Shown: positions 20,758-29,834 of the stretch, piece by piece
How positions within the stretch are numbered: position 1 is the first letter of the stretch
Layout of the letters: each line of letters starts with the position of its first letter
Assembly: GCA_018819405.1 (NCBI GenBank)
Contig: JAHJQF010000001.1
Span: 162,097 to 226,096, forward strand
DNA length: 64,000 bases
DNA from: Patescibacteria group bacterium
GTDB taxonomy: Bacteria > Patescibacteriota > Patescibacteriia > UBA1558 > GWA2-36-10
Reading direction: 5' to 3'
Translations under genes and position numbers: made by a program
Notes under the pieces: model-generated
What the model was told of the DNA's origin: nothing
Database searches by the model: none
What the model saw: only the letters and a program-made list of their open reading frames with translations

Positions 20758-21108
20758 TTATATGGTCTCATTATAAAGTGACTGCAATACGAATCTAGAT
20801 ATCGCATAAGCGGTCAAAATTATAACCAAACCGACAATACCCGCACCGATAAGCTTTTTAGCTTCGTCAACTTTTTCAGTATTACCCTGAGAAGTCATCC
20901 ATTTGAATCCACCCAACAAAATAATCAAAGTAGCTAAAATGCCCAAAAAACCTAGCACAATATTTACTACTCCACCAATAGTATCTCTTAAGGGTTTTGA
21001 ACCCAAAGCAATATTGGTAGAGGTAAAATCATTAATACCCCATTGATCATCTGAAGCTGATGCCACTGCTGGGAAAAATGCTAGTAAAGAAATCAAGAAT
21101 TTTTTCAT
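20758..21108 (-). CDS. TrbC/VirB2-like pilin
   Basis: GGFKWMTSQGNTEKVDEAKK; strong SD. Confidence 0.8.
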   Translation of the reverse strand: MKKFLISLLAFFPAVASASDDQWGINDFTSTNIALGSKPLRDTIGGVVNIVLGFLGILATLIILLGGFKWMTSQGNTEKVDEAKKLIGAGIVGLVIILTAYAISRFVLQSLYNETI

Positions 21109-21192
21109 TTTTTCACCCCCTTTCTATTTTAGAAAAATATTACTTAAAGTATATACTAAAATAGCTTTTTTTTCAACGATTTGTCAATACTT

Positions 21193-21513
21193 TTAAGTAG
21201 TGCCCCGTAAAATGTCAAACACAAAGTTTATGACAATATAACTTAAAAATATTACTACCAAACCTAATATGGCCCAAACAATACTATCCTTGCCTTTTTT
21301 TACTCTCTCAGAGTTACCAGATGAAGTCATCCACAAAATGCCACCCCAGACTAGAAAAAATAAAGCCAAAGCACCCGATATACCAAGTAGGCCTCTGATC
21401 ATTTGTCCAGCTAATTCTGGAATACTGTCAGCACTTAATGGATTTGGTACTTCTACTGCTGCTTTAGCTGATAGTGGTAATAGTAACAACGAAAATAAAA
21501 CTATTTTTTTCAT
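21193..21513 (-). CDS. TrbC/VirB2-like pilin
   Basis: PNPL, GGILWMTSSGNSERVKKGK. Confidence 0.8.
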   Translation of the reverse strand: MKKIVLFSLLLLPLSAKAAVEVPNPLSADSIPELAGQMIRGLLGISGALALFFLVWGGILWMTSSGNSERVKKGKDSIVWAILGLVVIFLSYIVINFVFDILRGTT

Positions 21514-21554
21514 ATCTAATTTTTAATATTTGTTGAATATATAAAATACTAAGG

Positions 21555-22190
21555 TTAGTATATTTTAGAACCATCGGTAGCACAAACCTGTTCACCTGGA
21601 CAGCATGACGTACAACCAGAGACAGCATAAGCACCATTATAATCTTGCGGATTATAATTTTCTGGCAAACAAGCTGTTTTATAATTATTTTTTAGACCAG
21701 CATAAACACATTGTGATATACAAATTTCATTATAAACTACTAACTCTGCTTGCGAAAACGTCCCCGAGCACACCATTAAACTCCCTGGCTCTCCACATGG
21801 AGATCCAGGCCCCTTTCCTTGGCAAGAAATTGTAGTGATACGATATGGTTCTTTAACATTTAAAACCTGATTAACAAAAAAATCCAAAATTAGATAGCCG
21901 CCAAAAGCAACAATAATAGCAAAAATAGTGTTTGTCATTATATCTTTGCCTTTTTTTACTCTCTCAGCATTACCGGATGATATCAACCATTGAACACCTC
22001 CATAAACAAAATAGACCAAAGCTACCGCTCCCATAGCCCCCAACATCAACTTGATCAACAAAAGAAAACCTGTAGCAATATCTTCAAGGCCACAATTTCC
22101 ATATTCTATACATCCTAATCCATCCAAAAATCCCGCCCTGGCTATTAGAGGACTAGTTAAAAAAATTAAGCTAACAAAAAATTTTATCAT
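21555..22190 (-). CDS. pilin-like protein with a Cys-rich C-terminal extension
   Basis: GGVQWLISSGNAERVKKGK followed by a domain with about 10 Cys. Confidence 0.75.
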   Translation of the reverse strand: MIKFFVSLIFLTSPLIARAGFLDGLGCIEYGNCGLEDIATGFLLLIKLMLGAMGAVALVYFVYGGVQWLISSGNAERVKKGKDIMTNTIFAIIVAFGGYLILDFFVNQVLNVKEPYRITTISCQGKGPGSPCGEPGSLMVCSGTFSQAELVVYNEICISQCVYAGLKNNYKTACLPENYNPQDYNGAYAVSGCTSCCPGEQVCATDGSKIY

Positions 22191-23560
22191 TGCGGTTCTT
22201 TATATGTTTGATTTATCTGACCAACCAATAAACCTAGGCTTGCGTTTTTATCATCCAAAACATATTCTCCTGATAAAAGCTTGTCAATAAAATCTCCTAA
22301 GTATTGTTCAGCCAGATTAATATTGTAACCTCTATACCAAGTATCAGCAGTCAAAACCTGAGAAGCAAATATTGAAGTATCATAATTAGCAATCTGCTTG
22401 TCAATCAAAGAACGTAAAGCTGTTGGCTTTTTATTTTCAGTTAAATATTTTGATACCAAATCCTCTGAAGCTGTTGTCTGGACAAAATTCCAGGCTGCAT
22501 CCTGATTTTTTGATTTTTTGGCAACCACATTAACCCAAAAATTAGCATAATATTTGGTAATTTCTGCGCCTCTAGTTTGAGGAAAGTTTGTAATACCCCA
22601 ATCAAATTGAGTCTTTCTACGCCTTAATTCATCAGCATGATAACTATAGCCAAAAAAATAAGCTAGTTTGCCACCAGCAAACATCTCAAAGGCATTTTCC
22701 AAATCACTATTCCAGCTATAACTAGCTTTGCCCGGCTTGGCAAAATCTGTATAAAAAGCAAAGGCTTGAGCAAGTCTCTGTGCAGAGTCTTTATCGTCTA
22801 AAGGTGAAAAGGCCGTCTCTGATTTAGCGTTTACCCCATTTTGCATCATGATAGAAGAAAAAATATCAAAAAACCTAGGTATATTATCAGTACCACCAAG
22901 AGCAACTGCTGATTGAATTATTTGATTGCCCTCTGTTGCTTTAGTCAGCTTTGGAGTCTGATCCACTAAATCAAAAAAGTCAGTAATTGGTTCCGCTATA
23001 CCTGCTTTGGTAATCATGTCTAGATTATAAAAAGTAACTAGCGTATCTAATGAATACGGCAAACCATATATTTTTTCATCAACTATTATATTGTCATAAA
23101 CTGCTGGAACATACTTAATCTTTATATCTTGAGGAGACAAGCCGGCAAATTGTCGCATCACTATCACAGTTTCTGATTTTATAGAGCCCTGTATTTCATA
23201 TATTGGAATTTTGTGAGCTGAGGGCATAACTACTATCCTATGTTGATAAGCTTTTATCCAATTGGCTGGAATCGCAAAAATATCCGGTCCTCTGTCATCA
23301 GCCCAAGCTTCCAAAAGCTCGCGTTCGTATTCTTCATAACGAAAACGTCTATAATTTACTTTTACAGTCGGATGGGTTTTTTCATAATCTGCAATCAATG
23401 TTTTCAATTGAGCCTCTGTATCCCAAACACCCCAGTATTCCAAAGTAACCGGCTGGTAAAGCTCCTTATCTGATCGAAAAGGATTCCACTTGCAACCAAA
23501 GCCACTGTTTAAAACAAGGGTAAATAATAATAAAATTGTAAAAATTCTAAACCTTCTCAT
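22187..23560 (-). CDS. extracellular solute-binding lipoprotein (sugar ABC-type)
   Basis: lipobox GFGC, GPDIF, YGLPYSLDTL..FYN. Confidence 0.8.
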   Translation of the reverse strand: MRRFRIFTILLLFTLVLNSGFGCKWNPFRSDKELYQPVTLEYWGVWDTEAQLKTLIADYEKTHPTVKVNYRRFRYEEYERELLEAWADDRGPDIFAIPANWIKAYQHRIVVMPSAHKIPIYEIQGSIKSETVIVMRQFAGLSPQDIKIKYVPAVYDNIIVDEKIYGLPYSLDTLVTFYNLDMITKAGIAEPITDFFDLVDQTPKLTKATEGNQIIQSAVALGGTDNIPRFFDIFSSIMMQNGVNAKSETAFSPLDDKDSAQRLAQAFAFYTDFAKPGKASYSWNSDLENAFEMFAGGKLAYFFGYSYHADELRRRKTQFDWGITNFPQTRGAEITKYYANFWVNVVAKKSKNQDAAWNFVQTTASEDLVSKYLTENKKPTALRSLIDKQIANYDTSIFASQVLTADTWYRGYNINLAEQYLGDFIDKLLSGEYVLDDKNASLGLLVGQINQTYKEPQ

Positions 23561-24429
23561 TTTACTTTTTTAAAATAATCTTTCAAAAATTCTCTGAGCT
23601 CTTTTCTTTCCATGGCGTACTCCAGTGTGGCGCGCAATAAATTCAAAGGATCCCCAGTAGTCAGCCACTCTCCATCTTTTATTTCTTTGGCATAAAACTT
23701 TCCGCCGGATTTTATATAATTTCTGATAGCATCAACTATCCATAGTTCGTTGCCTTTTCCCAATCGTGTTTTTTGTAAAACATCGACTATGTCCTGATTC
23801 AAAATCATACGACCAAAATCAGCCAGATTAGAAGGAGCATCTTTGATAGATGGTTTTTCTATAATGTCATTTAGCTGCATTGTCTTTGTGTTTTTCAAAC
23901 TGACAATACCATATCTATCCACCTGATCACGCGGCACTTCTTGAACCCCAATCATCAAATGTCCGGTTTTGTTGTAATCATCTACCATTTGCTTGGCAAA
24001 AGGTATTTTTGATTTTACTAAATCATCACCCCAGACGTACATAAAAGGCTCATCATCAACCAAGCTAGCTGCCGAAAGAACTGGTGTGCCATTACCATAT
24101 GGCCCTTTTTGTCTTATATAAACAAAATTGGCCATTTCTGAGATTTTTTTAACTGCCGCTAGCTTATCTTTTTTTCCGGCTTTGGCCAGTTCATTTTCTA
24201 GAGCCCAAGAATGATCAAAATGATCCTCAAGAGGTTTTTTGTCCCACTTGGTCACAAGTATAATGTCCTCTATGCCAGCTGCCACCAATTCTTCAACTAC
24301 TAGCTGAATAACCGGCTTATCTACTATTGGCAACATTTCCTTGGGCATGGTTTTGGTAGCCGGCAAAAGCCTAGTACCTGATCCAGCTACAGCAACTACA
24401 GCTTTTCGGATTTTTTGATTTTTTTTCAT
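23557..24429 (-). CDS. galU: UTP--glucose-1-phosphate uridylyltransferase
   Basis: AGSGTRLLPATKTMPKEMLPIVDKP, IEKP. Confidence 0.9.
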   Translation of the reverse strand: MKKNQKIRKAVVAVAGSGTRLLPATKTMPKEMLPIVDKPVIQLVVEELVAAGIEDIILVTKWDKKPLEDHFDHSWALENELAKAGKKDKLAAVKKISEMANFVYIRQKGPYGNGTPVLSAASLVDDEPFMYVWGDDLVKSKIPFAKQMVDDYNKTGHLMIGVQEVPRDQVDRYGIVSLKNTKTMQLNDIIEKPSIKDAPSNLADFGRMILNQDIVDVLQKTRLGKGNELWIVDAIRNYIKSGGKFYAKEIKDGEWLTTGDPLNLLRATLEYAMERKELREFLKDYFKKVK

Positions 24430-24504
24430 CCCGTTATTATTCTAAAATATTTACAACTATCTTATTTTTTTGTTCCCCGCAAAAAATCGTGAATTTCTGA
24501 CGGG
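24430..24504. mobile_element. degenerate CTAACGGG element at the galU start codon
   Basis: CCCGTTA (24430) ... CCCCGCAAAAAAT..ATTTCTGACGGG (24504). Confidence 0.55.
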
Positions 24505-24551
24505 ATTAATGCTTTTATTATACTAAAATTTGACCTAAATGTAAATTGTTT

Positions 24552-25226
24552 TTACTTTAAAATAAGGCCTTTGTGTTCAGTAATATGAGCGGAAAAATCC
24601 ATAACTATCTTCAAAAATACCAAAATAATAACTGCTGACATACCAAAACCAAGCGCCGTGGCAAAAAATCCCCCAAAAATAATAGTCAAATGCATAGTTA
24701 CTATTCTTTTATATGGGGCAAACATCTGTTTATTTATGGTGGTCTTTAGATATTCTTGTTTTTTTATAAAATTATAAATATAAGATATGGCGTGACTCAA
24801 AAATAAAAAAGATAAAGATATAAATAGAGTTTTTAAATAAGAAAATACCGTGATAAAAGCCACGTCTGTATATGTCGTCTTTGGCAAATCGGGCTTGAAG
24901 AAAGTAACAATAAAAAATAAATGCCCAAACATAAACATAGAATAATGAATAATAAAAAAAACAATAAAAAATATCTTAGTCGGCTCAGATATTTTATCTG
25001 TTTTACTCTGCCTATTTTTCTTGGTCAAACCAATATCTTTTATATGTTGCATTTTCAAAACATTAAAAAATCCTACGACTGTACTTTCTAGCCAATACAA
25101 AATCAATATTGTGAAAATATCCCAACCAAAAAACAAAACTCCAAAAATAGGAATTAAGTTTACTAAAAACAGAGACAAAACTGTCGGATAAGCCAAATAA
25201 CTAAAATATTTTTTCAAATCCGCCAT
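24552..25226 (-). CDS. DUF6498-like membrane protein
   Basis: NLIPIFGV.FFGW, YWLES, FFIIHY, PYKRIVTMH; start uncertain. Confidence 0.7.
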   Translation of the reverse strand: MADLKKYFSYLAYPTVLSLFLVNLIPIFGVLFFGWDIFTILILYWLESTVVGFFNVLKMQHIKDIGLTKKNRQSKTDKISEPTKIFFIVFFIIHYSMFMFGHLFFIVTFFKPDLPKTTYTDVAFITVFSYLKTLFISLSFLFLSHAISYIYNFIKKQEYLKTTINKQMFAPYKRIVTMHLTIIFGGFFATALGFGMSAVIILVFLKIVMDFSAHITEHKGLILK

Positions 25227-26502
25227 CTTTTTTATTTTTATAAACAAATAAACTAAAAGCTAATAGTATAAAAAATAAGATGCTTAAATCATTTTTAAAA
25301 TAGGGTACATCTACCAAACCGTGTATGAACCAAGTAAGCCAGGCCAAGATTAGCGGCCAAGCAAAAATATTTTTATCAGCCAAAATCTTTTTTAAAATAT
25401 AATATATATAAGCCAACAATCCTAAAAATCCAAATAAACCAAGGAGGCCCATTTCTGTCCAAAAATTTAAAAATATATTATGAGGATAAAGATATATTTC
25501 TATCCAATCTATACGGTGATAATTATTCATAGCCACTTGATAGCCATTTAGACCACTACCTAAAACAAAATTATCTTTTAGCATAGCTAGAGTCTCTCGC
25601 CATTGCCAGCTCCTGATTTCCAATGAGCTAATGTCCAGTCCTTTACCTGGTGAAAAAAGTTGATAAAAACTATTTGGTAAAAATAATATAATTACTGATA
25701 GAGCTAGACAAGCTAGTAAGATACCCCATTTTCTTGTTTTTTTGGCTAATATAAGCCATATAAATATAGCTGCTAGCATAGCCAGCATTGCCCCCTCGCT
25801 GACCGCAAAATAAGATAAACTAACTCCCAAAATTCCCAACAATAAATAATGCCAATTGCGCCCCTTATTTTTTATCATTAGCCAGAGAGATAAGAAGAAT
25901 ATTGAGATAGGAGCGCTAATAAGTGCTAAGGCATTAGGATAAGAAAAAACGGCGGTCAGTCTTTTTGCGTGTGGGAAATTATATGCGGCAATATAGTTCC
26001 AGTCTGTAAAATTTTGATACATAGCCACTACAAACAACCAAGCCAATAGTAAGCCTAGCCCATTTATAATAATTTTTATATCTTCTTTATCCTTGACAGT
26101 ATAGATAAAAACCAAAAAAAACATAATTGGCTCCAAAAAATATGCCCGCCAGAGTCCAAGAGCACTATACGTAGGATTTACCAACCAAGCTAAGACGCTA
26201 GCTAAAATCCAAACAGATAAAAGTAGCCTAAGTTTATAAGGAACCTGATTTTCGGATTTCCTTTTTAAGAAAAAATTTATCTTTTTATATCTTTTCTCTT
26301 TTATCAACCAAATTATAAATAACAAAACAATCATTAATTCCAAAAAAGTAGTTGGCATTCCCAAAATATTGAAGCGCCACAAATAACTAGGTAAAAGAGT
26401 TATTATTGCTGCTATTGCCCAGATAGTTTTTTTATAAGCAGTGAAAATAAAAACCAAAAGCGAAGCAGTGAAAATAAAATTTAGTAGCAAATCAATGCTC
26501 AT
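25201..26502 (-). CDS. O-antigen ligase/polymerase-family membrane protein
   Basis: YPHNIFLNFWTEMG, many TMs. Confidence 0.85.
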   Translation of the reverse strand: MSIDLLLNFIFTASLLVFIFTAYKKTIWAIAAIITLLPSYLWRFNILGMPTTFLELMIVLLFIIWLIKEKRYKKINFFLKRKSENQVPYKLRLLLSVWILASVLAWLVNPTYSALGLWRAYFLEPIMFFLVFIYTVKDKEDIKIIINGLGLLLAWLFVVAMYQNFTDWNYIAAYNFPHAKRLTAVFSYPNALALISAPISIFFLSLWLMIKNKGRNWHYLLLGILGVSLSYFAVSEGAMLAMLAAIFIWLILAKKTRKWGILLACLALSVIILFLPNSFYQLFSPGKGLDISSLEIRSWQWRETLAMLKDNFVLGSGLNGYQVAMNNYHRIDWIEIYLYPHNIFLNFWTEMGLLGLFGFLGLLAYIYYILKKILADKNIFAWPLILAWLTWFIHGLVDVPYFKNDLSILFFILLAFSLFVYKNKKDGGFEKIF

Positions 26503-27927
26503 TTATTTTTTATTAAATATTTCTTTAATAAGCGACTGATTGATTGCTTTAGTAAAAAATAAAACCAAGATATAAATTAAACCGGCAAGGATTGTCACTA
26601 GTATAATATTTTTATCCTCTAGCAAGCTAGCTACAAAAGAAGCAATGACTGCTGCTATGATACTTTTTATTAATACTTTGAAATTTAAATTAAGCGAAAC
26701 ATTCTTTTTTACTACCACAAAAGCAAAGACGACTATCAAAATCTCCACCAACAAAGTCATATACGCTGCTCCCCAATAAGAAAAACGGGGGATAAGGGTA
26801 AAATAACCCAAAATTCCTATGCCAGCTGTAATCAAAAAATATTTGACCATCTGCTTTTGCAAATTAAGAGCTACTACTAAATAAGTAAATAATGTTCCAA
26901 AAAATATAGCAGCTGTCGCTATTATCAAAATATTTAATATTGGCCCAGATTTGACAAATTCTTGCCCCGCCAACAGAGTCATCAATGGGCTGCTAATAAG
27001 CCAGGTGACAAAAATCATAGCCACACTAATAATACTAAAAAAATCAAAACTATGTTGTAGACTATTTTTTAATTTTTCTTTATTCTGAGTCACCCAAGCG
27101 GCTGTAAAAATGGGCAATATAAGACTCATAAACATATGGGGAAAAGTAGATAAAACTTCCAAAACTCTATAAGGCGCTCCATATATAGCTACATCTTCTG
27201 GGCTGTGATAAGCTGATAAAATTAAAGTATCAGCCTTGAAATAAACCAAATTCAATACCACTGTAATAGCTAGTGGCCAAGTACGATGAAATACCTGCTT
27301 CCAATATACAAAATCCCAAGCCAGTTGTAGACTCACATATTTTTTCAAAAATACCAAAAGTAAAATAAAAGCCGTGCCTTGTGTAATCACATTAAAAAAT
27401 AATATTTGATTGAGGTTGCCGGAAGTTTTAAAAAGATAAATCAAGGCTAAAGCGTATAGTGTTTTATTGACCAAATCTGTAATAGCTACTTTTGGCATAG
27501 CCAAATTTTTGGAAAAAACCGCGGTCAAAGTAGAAATTATACTTTGGAAAAAATAACAAAACATAAAAATAGTTACACCTATTTTTACTTCTTTAGTATA
27601 AGGGAAAAATTGAACAACCAAGGGTATCAAAATCAAAACCAGAACAGCCGAAACTATTCTGATAGTAAAAATATTATTTACAATTCTATTCTCATCTTTA
27701 CGTTCTTTGGCTGCCGAAATTTCCCTGAGCAAAGTAAGGTAGAGTCCCAGATCCACCAAAATCATAAACATCTGAACAAAAGCAAAAGCAGTGGTATAAT
27801 ATCCAAAACCAGCTTGACCCAATATCCTAGTGATAAGTGCCAAGGACAAAACACCTATAAAAATATTTAAAGCCCTGATAATAACCTGCCACAGGGTATT
27901 TTGAAAAATCTTATTAGCAATCGACAT
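26503..27927 (-). CDS. polysaccharide flippase (Wzx-like, MOP superfamily)
   Basis: about 14 TMs, DLGL..REI, YFKADTLILS. Confidence 0.85.
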   Translation of the reverse strand: MSIANKIFQNTLWQVIIRALNIFIGVLSLALITRILGQAGFGYYTTAFAFVQMFMILVDLGLYLTLLREISAAKERKDENRIVNNIFTIRIVSAVLVLILIPLVVQFFPYTKEVKIGVTIFMFCYFFQSIISTLTAVFSKNLAMPKVAITDLVNKTLYALALIYLFKTSGNLNQILFFNVITQGTAFILLLVFLKKYVSLQLAWDFVYWKQVFHRTWPLAITVVLNLVYFKADTLILSAYHSPEDVAIYGAPYRVLEVLSTFPHMFMSLILPIFTAAWVTQNKEKLKNSLQHSFDFFSIISVAMIFVTWLISSPLMTLLAGQEFVKSGPILNILIIATAAIFFGTLFTYLVVALNLQKQMVKYFLITAGIGILGYFTLIPRFSYWGAAYMTLLVEILIVVFAFVVVKKNVSLNLNFKVLIKSIIAAVIASFVASLLEDKNIILVTILAGLIYILVLFFTKAINQSLIKEIFNKK

Positions 27928-27928
27928 G

Positions 27929-27991
27929 CTCCGTTAGAAATATTAAATAATCTATTATATCCCCGATAGAACAGCTTGATTTCTAACGAGG
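27929..27991. mobile_element. CTAACGGG element at the flippase start codon
   Basis: CTCCGTTAGAAAT ... CCCCGATAGAA..ATTTCTAACGAGG. Confidence 0.6.
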
Positions 27992-28063
27992 CATATATCA
28001 AATTATACTAATAAAAAGAGCCCCTAGCAAGCTACGAGACTCTTTTGTATAAACAAATTATAA

Positions 28064-29071
28064 TTATTGTTCTGAGGAGCGGTATTCTTTCCAAACCTTA
28101 TCTTTTATCTCCTTTATAAGTTTTGGGTTTGCCCTCAAATACGATTTAGCATTTTCACGCCCTACGCCCAATTTTTCTTCTCCATATGTATAAGAATTGC
28201 CTGATTTTGAAATAATACCAAAAGCTAAGGCCGTATCCAAAACATCTCCAGCTACCGATATTCCTTCATTATACATAATATCAAAAACTGTACTCTTAAA
28301 TGGGGCCGCTACTTTATTTTTTACTACTTTGGCCTTGACTTGGTTACCAATTATCTTCTCACCCTGTTTTATTTGGGCACTGCGACGCACCTCAATCCTA
28401 AGAGATGAATAAAATTTTAGAGCATTACCGCCAGTAGTAGTTTCGGGATTGCCGAAAAATACACCAATCTTCATTCTTATTTGATTGATAAAAATGACAA
28501 TGGTTTTGCTCTTGTGCACAATACCAGCCAATTTTCTCAAAGCCTGGCTCATCAATCTGGCCTGCAGTCCCATATGACTATCACCCATTTCTCCCTCTAT
28601 TTCAGCTTTTGGGACTAAGGCAGCTACTGAGTCAATAACTATCACATCTATACCACCCGAGCGAACTAGTGTTTCTACAATTTCCAAAGCCTGTTCACCA
28701 GTGTCTGGCTGAGAAATGAGTAACTTATCAATATCAACGCCTATTTTTTTGGCATAATCAGGATCCAAAGCGTGCTCAGCATCAACAAAAGCCGCTACGC
28801 CTCCCAATCTTTGTACCTCAGCTACCACATGCTGAGCCAAAGTGGTTTTGCCTGATGCTTCAGGACCATAAATTTCAATAATCCTGCCGCGCGGCACTCC
28901 ACCAACTCCCAAAGCAATGTCCAAAGACAAACAGCCCGTGCTAACCGCCTCTACATTCATAGCTTTGGCCTCTCCTAAATTCATTATGGAGCCCTCACCA
29001 AAACGCGATCTTATTTGATCAATAGCGTTTTTAGTAGCTTGATCTAGGCCTTCTTTTTCTTTTTTAGCCAT
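28064..29071 (-). CDS. recA: recombinase RecA
   Basis: [23 protein letters not shown]. Confidence 0.98.
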   Translation of the reverse strand: MAKKEKEGLDQATKNAIDQIRSRFGEGSIMNLGEAKAMNVEAVSTGCLSLDIALGVGGVPRGRIIEIYGPEASGKTTLAQHVVAEVQRLGGVAAFVDAEHALDPDYAKKIGVDIDKLLISQPDTGEQALEIVETLVRSGGIDVIVIDSVAALVPKAEIEGEMGDSHMGLQARLMSQALRKLAGIVHKSKTIVIFINQIRMKIGVFFGNPETTTGGNALKFYSSLRIEVRRSAQIKQGEKIIGNQVKAKVVKNKVAAPFKSTVFDIMYNEGISVAGDVLDTALAFGIISKSGNSYTYGEEKLGVGRENAKSYLRANPKLIKEIKDKVWKEYRSSEQ

Positions 29072-29141
29072 ATCACAATTCCTTTCTTAGTTTAGCAAAC
29101 TAGCCTGTTTTGCTTGCTTTTCTTACTTATTAATCTTTAAA

Positions 29142-29819
29142 CTAGTCTATAATATCCCTAAATATTATCAATTCTAAATTATTGATTTTACTATGTTTCT
29201 TTTTAGCATTTATTTGCAAATTATTCAAGCCGCTGACAAGATTTACTTCTTTGATAAAATTACCATCACTATCTAAAAGAACTGTTTCATTATTGATAGT
29301 TAGCTGAACTTCCGGCTTTGTCTGCCCCTTGATAAAGACGCTGCTTTCGCTGGTACGAAAATTGTTGTTTGGCTCGCTAATAATAACTTGCGGTGGTGAT
29401 ACAATATTATTTATCTCCCAAGCCAAATATCCCAAGAGAATTAATACCAAAAAACCAATAGATAAAATTTTCAAAAAATTTGGTTTCAAAATATTATAAT
29501 TGGGGATGCTTTTTGAGTCATTTGGTTTAGAAACTTTTATTAATTTATCTCTGACTGATTTCTCTATTTTATAATCTGCCAAAAGCTCGCTAATATCTAA
29601 AGACAAAAAATCGGCATAAAGTTTTAGCCATGCTTTGGCATAAATATCGCCCGGCAACTTTTGGTAATCTCCTTCTTCTAAAATCTCCAAATACTTTATC
29701 TGTATTTTAGTTGCCTGACTCATTTCCTCCAAAGAAACCTCTTGGCTGATTCTAGCTTGTTTTAATTTGTCAGACAAAGTCTGACCTCGGCTTATTTTCT
29801 TTTGTCTAAAGCTGGCCAT
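29142..29819 (-). CDS. RodZ-like HTH membrane protein with a C-terminal Ig-like domain
   Basis: HTH (LEILEEGDYQKLPG), one TM, downstream of ftsK. Confidence 0.75.
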   Translation of the reverse strand: MASFRQKKISRGQTLSDKLKQARISQEVSLEEMSQATKIQIKYLEILEEGDYQKLPGDIYAKAWLKLYADFLSLDISELLADYKIEKSVRDKLIKVSKPNDSKSIPNYNILKPNFLKILSIGFLVLILLGYLAWEINNIVSPPQVIISEPNNNFRTSESSVFIKGQTKPEVQLTINNETVLLDSDGNFIKEVNLVSGLNNLQINAKKKHSKINNLELIIFRDIID

Positions 29820-29834
29820 ATAAATTTACAGGGT

